Source: Octopus vulgaris
Taxonomy: Eukaryota
Length of the DNA: 64,000 bases
Reading direction: 5' to 3'
Assembly: GCA_951406725.2 (NCBI GenBank)
Contig: OX597814.1
Location: forward strand, 180,048,001 to 180,112,000
The notes beneath the pieces were generated by a model. It did not search any database and was not told the DNA's origin. It saw nothing but the letters and a program-made list of their open reading frames with translations. Below are positions 1 to 13,286 of this stretch, in pieces. The translations under genes and the position numbers were made by a program. Position 1 is the first letter of the stretch. Every line of letters begins with the position of its first letter.

Positions 1-268
1 AAGTCTGTTTATTGATTGATATGAGCAGACTCTGTGTCCATAATATCTCGGCTCAGAAGATATAAAGGTTTGCTAATCGAAATCGAAAAGATGTGGCATA
101 TCAAGACGGTTACAATACCAACGATTGTATGAGCACTTGAAATGATCGAAAAAGGAACCAAAAATTATCTTAAAATGGTCCCTGGATTACTTACTATCCA
201 CGCAGGAAGTGCAAAAGATTGTCTTAACTGGTACGTCATACGTACTGAGAAGAGCATTGTCGCAGTGA
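1..268 (+). mobile_element. 3' end of decayed R4/Dong-like non-LTR retrotransposon (restriction-endonuclease-like C-terminus)
   Basis: Manual translation across frameshifts and a stop: VCLLIDMS..HNISA / RYKGLLIEIEKMWHIKTVTIPTIV*ALEMIEKGTKNYLKMVPGL / QEVQKIVLTGTSYVLRRALSQ*. This resembles the C-terminus of R4/Dong-clade ORFs. Confidence 0.75.
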
Positions 269-299
269 ATTTTCTCGCCCCCCCCTTTATTTTCTTTAA

Positions 300-506
300 C
301 TCTTTTAACTCTTTTACTTGTTTCAGTCATTTGACTGCGGCCATGCTGGAGCACCGCCTTCAGTCGAGCAAATCGACCCCGGGACTTATTCTTTGTAAGC
401 CCAGTACTTATTCTATCGGTCTCTTTTGCCGAACCGCTAAGTGACGGGGACGTAAACACACCAGCATCGGTTGTCAAGCAATGCTAGGGGGACAAACACA
501 GACACA

Positions 507-599
<93 letters not shown>

Positions 600-762
600 G
601 ATAGGCTTCTTTCAGTTTCCGTCTACCAAATCCACTCACAAGGCATTGGTCGGCCCGGGGCTATAGCAGAAGACACTTGCCCAAGATGCCACGCAGTGGG
701 ACTGAACCCGGAACCATGTGGTTGGTTAGCAAGCTACTTACCACACAGCCACTCCTGCGCCT
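300..762 (-). mobile_element. SINE family A (tRNA-derived head, CORE-like domain, internal (TA)n(TG)n, CR1-like tail), full length
   Basis: Reverse complement of AGGCGCAGGAGTGGCTGTGTGGTAAG...GGTTCCGGGTTCAGTCCC (A/B boxes), CTTGGGCAAGTGTCTT and the tail GGCGGTGCTCCAGCATGGCCGCAGTCAAATGACTGAAACAAGT(AAAAGAG)n; more than 10 copies in the window. Confidence 0.9.
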
Positions 763-1599
763 ATTTGTTAACTCTTTTATCCTCTTTTCTCTGTCTTTCT
801 TCCCCCTTTTCTCTGTCACATGACTTTGTAAATGAACAATCTGGTGTGTTTATTTCAATGGCCTGTCAATGTATACAGTGCGTTTCTCTGCTCTAGGTGT
901 CAGAAAGTCTCTCGGCAAGCAACGGATACAGAATTAGAAGATGATAATGAAAGTAATAATAACTAGAATTGAAAATGTATGGGACTAGCATTGCACACAC
1001 ACAAACAGATCACGCTCGCATACACACACACGCACACACACACACGCACACACAGTAGCTTCCTCCGCATACGTAAAAACAGAACACGCTCGCACACTCA
1101 CACTCACAAGAACAAGAATAAGCACGCGCACACACACGTATCACACACTCACACACGCAAGAAAAAGCATGCACACAAATGCACACACACATGCAGACGT
1201 ACACCCATTAGCTTCCTCTTCCACTTCGACACGTCGAAATAAAACAAGCACGTACGAAGATAGCTTGATGCGAAACTATCGCTCATAGGTTAATGGTGAT
1301 TGAAAATTAACCAATAAAATTCAATCACCACGCAAACAGCCACGGCTTCCTTACACTTTTATTCGCAAGCTAGGCATATATTGACTCGACTATAACATTC
1401 TGTTGTCGGTCACTGCATGCCTGAAACATAATAATCATGTATGCTGAAGACAAGGCCTTGAAATTTTGTTTTGATGAATCCTCGTTCAATGAAGCGACGA
1501 GAGGATCCACTACCTCTGACGTAGTGTAATTTTATCATATACTTACGGTTATGTATAATATTATAGTCCAATATAATGAAAATATTGGCTTCAGATTTT

Positions 1600-1790
1600 G
1601 ACACAGGCCAGTAAGTTCGCGGATGTGGAGTAAGTTGATTCTATTGCCCCCAGTGCTCAGCTAATACTTATTTTGTCGACCCCGAAAGGATGATGGACAA
1701 AGTCAACTTCGGTGGAATTCGAACTCAGTAAAGACATACGAAACGCCGTTAAGTATTTAGCCAAGTGTGCTAACGATTCTGCCAGCTCGC
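1600..1790 (-). mobile_element. SINE family B (tRNA-derived, Meta-domain-like core), diverged
   Basis: Contains CGACCCCGAAAGGATGA..AAAGTCAACTTCGG..TCGAACTCAG..GCTAACGATTCTGCCAGCTCGC, the reverse complement of the family B head and core. Confidence 0.8.
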
Positions 1791-1801
1791 GACCATTAAT
1801 A

Positions 1802-2334
1802 TTGGGTTGTCCGGAAAGTTCGTGCCGATTTTAAAGGAAAGAAAAAAGTCAATAAATACTTACCATTACATTTTTAATCAACCAAATATGAACCATTTTG
1901 TTGCACAATGTGTCTCCATCTTTCCTTTAACTTTAAAATACCCTCTTCCCAGAATTGAGGTCGTTTCATGACAAAGAATTCATCAAGGCATCTTTTTACG
2001 TCATCCAAGGAATTGAAATCTTAACCATTAAGACTATTCTGCAGAGACCTGAATAAGTGGAAATCTGAAGGAGCAATATGTGGTGAATATGGTTGGTGGG
2101 GTAATACATCCCAGCCGAGCTGCAGTAATATTTGTTTGGTTCCCAAAGCATCAAGTGCCGAAAATGAACTTTATCTTCCATTTTAAAGGGTTACAGAATT
2201 AACACAGGTTATAAGAACATAAACATTCTTCTACGAAAAGATAGCTTAAACTGTGCTCTAAATCCTATTTTATGGACTTAACCATGTTCTAAAACAAGTC
2301 GAAAGGTAAGCTACGAACTTTCCGGACAACCCAG
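1802..2334 (-). mobile_element. Internally deleted mariner transposon
   Basis: TIRs TTGGGTTGTCCGGAAAGTTCG / CGAACTTTCCGGACAACCCAG flanked by TA on both sides. The minus strand encodes the mariner N-terminus MEDKVHFRHLMLWE joined to C-terminal remnants (SLQNSLNGK..NSLDDVKRCLDEFF..FWEEGIFKLKERWRHIVQQNGSYLVD). Confidence 0.88.
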
Positions 2335-2459
2335 TATATTGAAAATATTGGTATAGGTCGTGCAGTTCCTCCAGCCTCAAAGCAACGGGCCTCTATGCTC
2401 TTCCATCTTTGTCTTTCACAAGGATAAGAGGTTGAAACCAATTGGTGTCACAGCTACGA

Positions 2460-3210
2460 TTAGTTCAATTTTCCATTTCCTGTCCACCTCATTTCAACCG
2501 ACCTCAGTATGTCTAAATTGTTTCATACCTTTAATATAAAGTGTGGACATCCCAAGTTGCTATGTTTGTGCTTTGTTCGTTTGGTAGAGGTACGTTGCAT
2601 ATATCTTCTTTAATAGTAATCTCTGCTTTGCATTACGAGAATACAGGGTAATAGGTTTCAGATTTTTGTACTTGTTTTGTAGTGATGCTTTTAAGGATGA
2701 CAACTTTCCTATACGCCGACATATAGTGTATTCTAAATGACCTTAAAGCAATTTAGACATCTTGAATTTGAATTTACATTATAAGACCTACAAATTTAAA
2801 CTGCTCAGAAATTTAATTTCGAAATTATGGTTATTGTTATGGTTACTATTCTTGTGTTTTAGCCTTAGATCAGAATAGATTGAGAAGACATCATCAAAAG
2901 CATTCCATCTGTAACCATTAAGCCTAGTGGATCTTGCATGCATGAAGTGGATTCGATCCACCATAGCCAAATTTGAATTAACACTGCAGCAGAACTTTTC
3001 CCACGGTGGAACAATGGTTTTTCTCTGACAGCAGTTTTACATTTTCCAGGTGCCTTTAGCTAGGCCGAAATAAAGTCTTCATCACTTGACCCTTTCTAAC
3101 CTCTTCTACTTCACCAAAAGCTAGAATAGAGATAACAAGACCACCAGCTAAATCTATTGTTCTCAATGATATATCTATCCTTCTGGATAGTTGTAAAAGC
3201 AAGCACACCC
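2460..3210 (-). mobile_element. Decayed 5' fragment of RTE-like LINE (start of APE endonuclease plus 5' region)
   Basis: Minus strand near 2480-2570 reads NIATWDVHTL...DILRSVEMRWTGNGK, similar to the RTE APE start IATWNVRTL...DILGLSEMRWTG. The upstream extent is uncertain. Confidence 0.5.
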
Positions 3211-4052
3211 CATGCAAAAATCAGTTAGTCACAGTCGGTGACGACTCAATGAGTCCAGTCACATGGTGACGACTCAACGAAGTCTGGCTGACCAGCTAGA
3301 ACCTTGGTCAGAGGGAGAAATGAAGTTTACTGTCAGGAACTGTGAGACAACGTACCACACCCAACAAGCCTTTCACTCAATACATTGTATCCAAAATTAT
3401 ATTATCAAATGTATGAACCTTTTTATAACGAGAATGTGATTTTAAAGAGCTTTGACTACTATTTCTAGCATTCAGACAAAAGCATAAAGGGTTTTTCGTT
3501 TATTCGTCTGATTTTATTCTATGTCGAAGAATAAAAGAAAATCTATAACTGGGCTATACTAACCTTAATATCAGCCGTAACCTCTACTGAACTGAACTTT
3601 TACAAAAGTCACATGACCTTTCATAAAAGAAATCTTAATATGTTTAAAAAATTCGATATATCAGAACGTTCGAGTCTTATAGTTACGCTTATGATCAATC
3701 ACTCGAAAGTCAAATAATGACAAATAAAAATATGGAAATATAATAAAAAACCAATCTAAATCTTCTTCGTGTATTTGTATTTGTATTTGTACTTTAAACG
3801 ACACTGTGAAGATAAAACGGGACAATAGTATGGTTTTAACTTCGATTCCATCTCTATTGAAAGTAAAATAGCAAAAAAGAAAGTTGAAACGTGGGGAAAA
3901 AGCATAAAAAAATCATGAAGAATAATGTCAGAGAAAAACAATTAAAAGAAGGCAAAGATGGAAGGTGATGAAGGTTGGCAGTTTGGTTGCAAGAAGTGTG
4001 GTTGTATTTTACTTTGAATCTTTTTCGCCTAAGCTAAATACATCAGACAAAC

Positions 4053-4122
<70 letters not shown>
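4053..4122. repeat. (GATA)n microsatellite
   Basis: Direct read; further long (GATA)n tracts at about 20404-20532, 28016-28107, 38870-39154 and 51590-51675. Confidence 0.95.
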
Positions 4123-4124
<2 letters not shown>

Positions 4125-4303
4125 TATCTAACACATACGTATATATATATATATTTATATACACAAGCATACTTACATGCACTCATAGATGCATGCATAT
4201 GCAAATATATATACACCCGAATAACCCGTTTCATTCACATATCTTGTGTCCTGAATAAAACTTCATTTTAACATAACTACACGCACGCATGCACACACAC
4301 ACA

Positions 4304-4345
<42 letters not shown>

Positions 4346-4470
4346 AATACATACATACGCGCATCCACACACACACATGCACACACGACAGTGTAGAAAC
4401 AAACGAAAATACACGCTTTCGAGATCAAATGAGTGTTAACCATGTGTCATTTAGAACTATTGTAACAACC

Positions 4471-4564
<94 letters not shown>

Positions 4565-4858
4565 AAAACGGAAGCTACAAGCAACACATGTACTCCATTG
4601 TTTGTAAAAAAAACTCCACTCTCTGGCCTGTTTCATCAGGAGACTCCGGGAACATCATAATGACTTCTTCGGCATCACACGGAGTTTTCTTGACCAGGCT
4701 TCTTCTTACTCACCAGGAGCTCGTAATTGCCAACTCGACCTATGTTGAAACTGCAATCCTGCAGTGTCCAGGGTAACCCACCCATCATACCGTTGCTATT
4801 CGAGGTAGACTTCGTTAATGTACTTTAAGCCATTAGCTGTTGATGAGCAGAACATACC

Positions 4859-5079
4859 TATTTCTTTACTACCCACACGGGGCTAAACACAGAGAGGACA
4901 AACAAGGACAGACAGACGGATTAAGTCGATTATATCGACCCCAGTGCGTAACTGGTACTTATTTAATCGACCCCGAAAGGATGAAAGGCAAAGTCAACCT
5001 CGGCGGAATTTGAACTCAGAACGTAACAGCAGACGAAATACGGCTACGCATTTCGCCCGGCGTGCTAACGTTTCTGCCA
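4859..5079 (-). mobile_element. SINE family B
   Basis: TATTTCTTTACTACCCAC..GGGGCTAAACACAGAG..CGACCCCGAAAGGATGAAAGGCAAAGTCAACCTCGGCGGAATTTGAACTCAGAACG..GCTAACGTTTCTGCCA. Confidence 0.9.
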
Positions 5080-6282
5080 CCTACCTGACCCGCCTATAAC
5101 ATATAAAGAAATGAAAAACAATTAAAATATTTTTAATAGGAAACAGAAAACGGAGGTGAACACAAGCTTGATAAGAAGCTTAACAGCGGTCTGCTGATTT
5201 ATAATATTGCAGAAAATACTAAATCCGGGACGGGCTAATGATGAAACTTCTACTCAAAAATTTGACCGGTAGGAAATAGTAGCTAAATTTCCTCAATCTC
5301 ACATAAGACAGTTTTAAAAAATGAAGGGCATGATGGACATTGTATCCTATGATATACAAAGAAATGAGATAGTCACGACTGGAAAATTTTTGACCATATT
5401 TCTGCTGGACTGGGGCTGACCTAGTCCTATACTGTACGAGAACAACAGAAATTGTGTAGTAAGATTTCGCACTAAAATACATCCGATGTTATCATCAATA
5501 ACCGTCTAACAAGTGAAGAAGTTCCACTTTACTCGACCTGCTAGAAATAACTGCCAAATTTTTTTTCAAAGGACCACTTCATGCCTTAAATAAAGTACAC
5601 ATTAGAAAATGTTGTTCTAGAAATCCCTATGAAGTCGGGATCGTCGTGTCTGGATCATAAGTCTGCCGAACTAATACTGATCTGAGACACTATAACAACA
5701 TCAGCATTAATTTTCTGCTATGCAACCAAATACCAAAAAAATAATAAAAGACACTCCTGCCATGCCAATCCTGTCCTTTTACTTCGGACATTTTACCTCT
5801 AAAATCACGTTATCTAATGCGTCTCTCTCCGTTCCAAGACGACAGAGTATGATATGGGAAAGATTTGGCTGCTGTTGTTAACAGGTCAGTCGACCACAGG
5901 GAAAACTTTCTCATTGGTTCACCATTTTTACTAGTTGGTGTTGCTATTGTTTATCCCCGGGTCAGCCTTATTTGTGGAGGCCCATGATCAAAACTATTTT
6001 ATTCGTGAAAATCCAGTCATCTCAGACAGAGTGTATAACAGTTTATTTATTTATTTATATATCTATTTATTTATTTATTTATTACACTCGTCTGCCTCGA
6101 GGGACAATGGAACTTTGCACCACAAATCAGTTAGGATTTGGGCTGCATTCTAACACACTGAAGTAACCACTCGCAGAAAAAAAAAGCCTGGACCGTGTGT
6201 ATGGAGATTGCGAGTTGCCCAAAAACTTTCGATCAAGTCGAGTGTCACCATCGATATGATTAAAACCACATTCTTTTTTTTT

Positions 6283-6411
6283 TTTTCTATTCTAGGCACA
6301 AGGCCCGAAACTTTTGGGGAGGGGGCCAGTCGATTAAATCGACCCCAGTAAGTAACTGGTACTTACTTTATCGACCCCTAAAGGATGAAAGGCAAAGTTG
6401 ACCTCGGCGGA
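6283..6411 (-). mobile_element. SINE family B variant (alternative tail GGCCTTGTGCCTAGAA), 5'-truncated
   Basis: Core match plus tail variant shared with 13908-14055. Confidence 0.8.
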
Positions 6412-6604
6412 TCTAATCGACTGGCCCTCACCCCAAAAGTTTCTCTTAACCTCGTTGACACGGATCAATCAAATGCGAGCAGGAGTCAGCAGAAACCGGT
6501 GCTCATATCAAGCTGGATCATCATTCTCTGAAATTTTAAGATCGCAACCAATTATTTAAATCTCGGATAAATTGGCCAGTTTTGCCTTCCTTTCTTTTGC
6601 TTAA

Positions 6605-7022
6605 AGGCGCAGGAGTGGCTGTGTGGTAAGTAGCTTGTTTACCAACCACATGGTTCCGAGTTCAGTCCCACTGCGTGACACATTGGGCAAGTGTCTTCTA
6701 CTATAGCCTCGGGCCGACCAAAGCCTTTTGAGTGGATTTGGTAGACGGAAACTGAAAGAAGCCCGTCGTATATATGTATATATATATATATATGTGCATC
6801 TATGTCTGTATGTCTGTGTTTGTCCCCCCAACATCGCTTGACAACCGAAGCTGGTGTGTCTATGTCCCCGTCACTTAGCGGTTCGGCAAAAGAGACCGAT
6901 AGAATAAGTACTGGGTTTACAAAGAATAAGTCCCGGGGTCGAGTTGCTCGATTAAAGGCGGTGCCCCAGCATGGCCGCAGTCAAATGACTGAAACAAGTA
7001 AAAGAGTAAAAGAGTAAAGAGA
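6605..7022 (+). mobile_element. SINE family A, full length
   Basis: Runs from AGGCGCAGGAGTGGCTGTGTGGTAAG to GACTGAAACAAGTAAAAGAGTAAAAGAG. Confidence 0.92.
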
Positions 7023-7569
7023 ATATGATTTGAGAGAGATTTGGTTGTTATTTCAAAGAGGTCAAGCCACCTCATAGTGGCTTCTCTTCCCGCTGCCTCC
7101 GATGTATTACCAGCTACAGGAGGTGACAGGGAGGAAGATAACAAACTATGTCAAAATAGATATTAATACAGTCCAAAATCTTTAAGCTACCAGCTATTCC
7201 AGTAATTGGTCGCAATCAGTTAGACTTGCTCATTATCTTCGACACACTTCTGTCTGTCTGCAGACAGTTTCATAAGCAATTCTTAATAACATGTTCGTGT
7301 CTCCAGACATCACGGAACTTCCTTCACTTTGGCTTTTTTTTCTTTTCTTTTTTTCTCTCCGCTCTTTATTGGTTCATTTTATTTATTTCTTTGGTATTTT
7401 TTGTTTATGTGTGCTTGTAGGTTTTTTCCTTGTCCCTTTGATTTATTTCCTCAATTCGTTTTCTTTTTTATTACTTTTCTGCTTTAAACTTCTCTATTTC
7501 CCACTTTTTTTATTTTTATTTTCTCTATACTTTCTCCTATTCTTTTAACATTTCCTATATTCATGTATA

Positions 7570-7634
<65 letters not shown>

Positions 7635-8064
7635 TGGAAAAAAAAGTCATATATATATATATCCTATCCTTTTTTCTTATTATTTTCTTCTTTTTTGTCA
7701 TTTTCTCTTGTTTCCTTCTTTCAGCGAGGACTTCAAATGACTAAGTTCGTGGCCATCTTATCTGTAGAAACTATTGTTGTTGTGGTTGTTGTTGCCTCCT
7801 AATCGAGCATACTGATAATCAAAAGCATAGATTTTTTTACTGAAGAGTTGTTGAAAGAACAGCCGAATAAATGTACAATCTTCTACATTTATTGGTTGGT
7901 GTAAGAAAATATAATTGTTAGAGAATAGATAATTCAGTAACACCATGAACATAAAAAACAATAATATTTAAGCTAATGCAGGTAGTGTTAAAATAAACTG
8001 ACGAAAATTAAATATTCGCTGAGGGAGAAAACTATATTAGTCATTTTATTATATATACATAGTT

Positions 8065-8460
8065 TAAGGCGGCGAGCTGGCAGAAACGTTAGCACGACGG
8101 GCGAAATGCTTAGCAGTATTTCGACTGCCGTTACGTTATGAGTTCAAATCCCGCTGGGGTCGATTTTGCCTTTCATCCTTTCCGGGTCGATAAATTAAGT
8201 ACCAGTGACGCGCTGGAGTCGATATAATCGACTTAATCCGTTTGTCTGTCCTTGTTTGTCCTCTCTGTATTTAGCCCCTTTGTGGGTAGTAAAGAAATAG
8301 GTATTTTGTCTGCCTTTACGTTCTGAGTTCAAATTTCGCCGAGGTCAACTTTGCCTTTAAAACTTTCGGGGTCGATAAATTAAGTACCCGTTACGTCCTG
8401 GGGTCCATATAATCGAATTAATCCCTTTGTCTAGCCCCCTGTCGGCAGTAAAGAAATAAG
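8065..8460 (+). mobile_element. SINE family B with tandemly repeated 3' body
   Basis: AAGGCGGCGAGCTGGCAGAAACGTTAGCAC head; the body repeats from about 8303. Confidence 0.85.
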
Positions 8461-8946
8461 AATCATTAACACATGATCAAAACGACTACCGGTATTTCCT
8501 TCAGGTTTTTTATGTTCTGAGTTAAAAACTCTCCGAGGATATGAACTCTGAGGATTTGAACTTTGCCTTTCATTGTGAAGAGATCAGCGAAAATAAAATA
8601 TCATAACAGCCGGGTCCTGATTTTGAAGTTATCGACTAACCATTTTCTCCAAATACCAGGCCTTGTATCATCTATTAGAAGCATTGAGGATTTTTTTTTT
8701 CGTACCTTTTTGTCAAATACCTGAAACAACCCCAAAAGTGTGTCCCTCTTACAGCAGTAAGACATTGCATTATCGTATACTAATTAATGTTACTTTAACA
8801 ATGTATGCAAACATATGAAGGGGATCCCAAAATTTTGAACTTTGACTATGTTCCTTTTGACAGTGATCTCAAATTATTGTACTATTTGATCGCCTTATTA
8901 AAATATATATTGCTTATATACATTGTTTTCACAAAATTTGAGCCCT

Positions 8947-9132
8947 TACTCTTTACTCTTTTACTTGTTTCAGTCATTTGACTGCGGCTATGCTGAATCA
9001 CCGCCTTTAGTCGAGCAAATCGACCCCAGGACTTATTCGTTGTAAGTCTAGTACTTATTCTATCAGTCTCTTTTGCCGAACCGCTAAGTTACGGTGACGT
9101 AAGCACACCACCATCGGTTGTCAAGCGATGTT
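8947..9132 (-). mobile_element. SINE family A 3' half
   Basis: CTTTTACTTGTTTCAGTCATTTGACTGCGG...GTTGTCAAGCGATG. Confidence 0.85.
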
Positions 9133-9814
9133 AAGCACTTTTGAAACGACTGAAATTCTTCATTGACAGACATGGATACCGTGGTTAGGGTTAACGTTTT
9201 CGTTACCACTTTTCTATTAAAATTCGCTGCTTTTGTTGCAATTAATTCTTAAACTAAATTTAGTAAAACAATTTTGCAATTATTAGCCTTGTGGTTAAAA
9301 TATAAAGAAAAATGGAATTTTGAGGACAGGTTTTAGATCACTTTAAGACATAAAGTTTGTATTTCTGTCATAAAATTAAGGATGGTCACAGGTAGGCAGC
9401 TATCAAAAGGGTTTTGTTACATAGAGAAGTGAGGGCGGTGATGAAGACAGACGGGGAGAGAGAGAGACAAAGAAAAAGAGGGGTACAGAAAGAGAGACAA
9501 AGAAATTTAGGGAGAGTTGATGTTTTATTAAAAGTAGTAGTGTTGATGGTGGCCGTGGGAGTAATAATAGAAAGAGAAAGAGTGGGTATGTGAGAAAAAG
9601 AGGAAGATGATGTACAACTTTGTTTAGCCATGTCTCTTTGACAGAAATTTCTGTCGCCAATATACTGAACACTATCATTTTTGTTTTATTTTTTGCTTTC
9701 TTTAATACATGTATATATACATAAAGATTCCCCAAAATTAAACATATCTAATATAATAAATGTGAATGACATTGTGTCACACTTGTCTAACTTTAATACA
9801 TCCTTTCTAAAGGA

Positions 9815-10005
9815 AGCGCAAGGCCTCAAATTTTGGGGGAAGGGATTAAGTCGATTACATCGATTCCAGTACGTAACGGGTACAAATTTTATCGACCCCG
9901 AAAGGATGAAAAGTAAAATCGACCTCGACGATATTCGAACTCAAAACCTAACGGCAGACGAAATACCGCTAAGCATTTCACCCGGTGTGCTAACAATTCT
10001 ACCAG
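9815..10005 (-). mobile_element. SINE family B, diverged
   Basis: ATCGACCCCGAAAGGATGAAAAG..CGAACTCAAAAC..GCTAAC. Confidence 0.75.
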
Positions 10006-10261
10006 ATCACCTGAATATATAGTATAATAATATAATATAACATAATAAATGTGAATGTCAGTGTATCAGTGTGTCACACTTTTTCAACTTTTCTTCTAGA
10101 TGCCTTAGCTCAACATATCATACAATGCTGGAATCAGACTGACTCTGTGAGTAAATTAAAAACATTCCGGACCGAATCCGTGCCCACAATCCTGAAATTT
10201 TGCATTCCCAATTTTTCATTACTTTGATTCTTTTCGGCGATTTTTTTACGTGGCATTTTGC

Positions 10262-10345
10262 GAAGAATATGATCATCATTGGGATGTGACTCTGGAGAAA
10301 GCAATTGCAATAAATTCTCAAAAACAAATCAGAGATCTGTTTGTA
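10262..10345 (+). pseudogene. Short Helitron RepHel protein remnant
   Basis: EEYDHHWDVTLEKAIAINSQKQIRDLF resembles the conserved Helitron segment LLEDD.HWD.TLEEA....P.Q(I/L)R.LF; there is an in-frame stop upstream at 10193. Confidence 0.55.
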
Positions 10346-10435
10346 GATCTTCCCAATCGAGGTCAGTTGCTTAAAAGCCGCCCTATCGGCTATATACAGT
10401 TATATACATACAGCCCTATCGGCTATATAAAGCTA

Positions 10436-10821
10436 CTAGCAGTATCGCCCGGCGTTGCTCGGGTTTGTAAGGGAAATAACTATATAAGCATTTTTAGAGA
10501 GTTATAGCCAAAGAATAGCAAAAACTGCACTAAAAATGGAAAAAAAATTATGGTAAATTTTCTTTTAAATCGTTGACATTTTTAGAGGGTTACCTCCCTT
10601 ATATAATAGCGAAAAATGCATTAAAATGGAAAAAAAATGATGGTAATTTTTTTTTTAAATCGTAGACTCATCGTAGACGCGCGCTAATACCCAGAAGGGC
10701 TCGATATGAATCACGACTATAAGATACCCGCTTTTGGTTAAACTGCACCGCAAAATGTGGGAGTAGTTAGGAATCTAAATCGTAGGAGACAGACACACAA
10801 CTTGACTTTTATATATAAAGA
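10436..10821 (-). mobile_element. Non-autonomous Helitron
   Basis: Minus strand starts TCTTTATATATAAAAG and ends CCCGAGCAACGCCGGGCGATACTGCTAG (subterminal GC hairpin + CTAG). It is inserted between A and T with no TSD. Confidence 0.85.
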
Positions 10822-11049
10822 TATACATACAGCAATCGTGAGTTAAATCCACTTTGTTTATAAATATTATCCGTTACTAACACTGTGTCGAGGTCTCTCC
10901 CTTTGTGGCATATAGAAATACTGAATATATGGTATTCATATTGAATGTTTTGTATATAGAGTGGCAAGTATCCAACTATTTCGTTTAGAAACAACTACAG
11001 CACATCTATACGGATACACACGCGCGCAAGCGATCATATTTGTGTGATG

Positions 11050-11104
<55 letters not shown>

Positions 11105-11506
11105 CGACAGAAAGAATACAGTGAAATTTCTGTTCAACTCAAATCTTGCAAACATAATGGCATAGGCGTTCCACTCATGGTCATCCTGCACTTTAGGACT
11201 ATATTATTGAATATGACATTTTATTACTTAAGATAGTAGTTCTGAGTTCAAATACCACCGGGGTCGACTTTACCTTTTACCCTTTTGGTTGAACACTGGG
11301 ATCAATGTAACTGACTTAGCCTCAGCCCTTAAATTGCTGGCATTTGGCCAAAATTTGAAACCATTAAATAAGATGGTAGGGCGTGATTTGAGTGGGATTT
11401 GACAGCTATTTCTTGCAAGTCCAGCGGCCACGTAGAGGTTTCACTGGTTTGGCTCCGGCAGGAAGTTGTTAAATGCTAAAATGTCAAAACCAAGTTTGCA
11501 TTCCAG

Positions 11507-11626
11507 CCTTTAGATGTCAAAGGGTCAAATATATTAATACCTGTCATAGACGAGAATGAAGATGCATCAAATTCGATGAAGATTTGGATGAGGGTGCGGG
11601 TATTTGACGACCACAACTTCCTGCAG
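11507..11626 (+). CDS. Candidate internal coding exon (120 bp, phase 0-0) of unidentified host gene
   Basis: Acceptor TTTGCATTCCAG| and donor CAG|GTAAAT around an open frame PLDVKGSNILIPVIDENEDASNSMKIWMRVRVFDDHNFLQ in non-repetitive sequence. No homology recognised. Confidence 0.35.
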
Positions 11627-11971
11627 GTAAATGTCAACGTAAGAAGACCTTTCAAATCATTCATAATTCTGTTCTGAGAGGTTAATATTTTATGTGTAGT
11701 TAGACTAAGATTTACAGTTAAGAATATGTATGTCATGGGTTTATAGAGAGAAAGAACGATATATGTAAATGAATATATCTATATAGTTATTCGGAGAAAA
11801 AGTACGAAATTTATCATATGGTTATATATTTAGTATTGATTAAAAAATATTTGGTGTGACGTGGGTTTGATGTCAAATTTATCGAAAGATTTTGTTGTAT
11901 TTAGGAATGGTCATTTTGCCAGTTTAGCCAATAAAAACACACGCACTAAATATTTGGTGTTACTTTGCTTC

Positions 11972-12370
11972 AGGCGCAGGAGTGGCTGTGTGGTAAGTAG
12001 CTTACTAACCAACCACATGGTTCCGGGTTCAGTCCCGCTGCGTGGCATCTTGGGCAAGTGTCTTCTACTATAGCCCCAGGCCGACCAATGCCTTGTGAGT
12101 GGATTTGGTAGACTTCTGAAAAAATCCTGTCGTATATATGTATATATATATATGTGTGTATATGTGTTTGTGTGTCTGTGTTTGTCCCCCTAGCATTGCT
12201 TGACAACCGATGCTGGTGTGTTTACGTCCCCGCCACTTAGCAGTTCGGCAAAAGAGACCGATAGAATAAGTACTGGGCTTACAAAGAATAAGTCCCGAGG
12301 TCGATTTGCTCGACTAAAGGCGGTGCTCCAGCATGGCCGCAGTCAAATGACTGAAACAAGTAAAAGAGAG
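11972..12370 (+). mobile_element. SINE family A
   Basis: Full head-to-tail match to other copies. Confidence 0.9.
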
Positions 12371-12707
12371 TGTTATATATTTTTTACATTAATCTTAATC
12401 GTATTATAGAAAGATTGTTAAACTGAAAATCGAAGTATGATGAGTTTGAACTAGTTTAGGTCATTGATATAAATCAATAGTTACAGAGAAAGTACCATGA
12501 GTTGGAGTGTAAGTCATGCAACAGCAGCCTCGAAACATAGACGTCAAGTGAGAATGTGTGTACGTCTCTCTGTGTGTCTGTGTTTGTGTGTGTATGTGTG
12601 TGTGCGCGCATGTGTGCTTGTGTGTATTGATGTAGAGAGAGACTTGAACAGATGAACACATACAGAGATAGGTAGAGGGTAAAAGAGAGTACAACTGACA
12701 AAGAGGG

Positions 12708-13118
12708 AAATAAATAAAGAAATGCTACTTCTAAAATCTCTCTAAGAGATCAACGCAGTAGTTGTACTGACAAGTAATTTTTGTATCCACTTTAAAATGG
12801 CTGTCCGTTCGAGCGGACTCTACCGCGATTTTTTAACCCCAAGAGGACATCTCCTCTAGCTGGTTAACGATGCACAGCTGCATCCGATAAAACTGCCAGC
12901 AGGGGAGCGAACCCCTACCATCTTCAAGCGACGGAACCAGAAGACCAGTCCTGGTTTCGAGCTATTTCTGCCACTCCTAAGTACTGGACACCTCGCCTGC
13001 TAGAGACGATAGCAGCTCACTTTTGCATGCAATATATATATTTCAAGCGAACACAGTTGCTGATTTTGAGTCTACTCGAATGGACAGCCATGTTAAAGTG
13101 GCTACGAATATTACTTGT
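12708..13118 (-). mobile_element. Old HHR-retroelement relative with ~50-bp inverted terminal segment
   Basis: 12770-12820 and 13068-13118 are imperfect inverted repeats. It contains TTTTAACCCCAAGAGGACATCTCCTCTAGCTGG, homologous to the 353-bp unit, and a degenerate HHR at 12945-12987 (-). Confidence 0.6.
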
Positions 13119-13286
13119 ATAAAGAAAATCTATAATATATGTAATATTGCTAGTATATAAGAGAATAAACTATATAAAATTTAAAGACTTAATATTACAA
13201 TAACAATACAATGCAACTGCTTTAGTTTCAATATATGATCTCAAATCTAATATGTACAAAGAAACGATATACTTATATTTTTGTTG

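Noticed and set aside
4588-4830. Possible exon (minus-strand GTGAGT donor near 4712)
   Set aside because: No clear polypyrimidine acceptor and no recognisable peptide.
6605-6680. tRNA genes
   Set aside because: The A/B-box sequences are SINE heads continuous with SINE bodies; no complete cloverleaf was seen.
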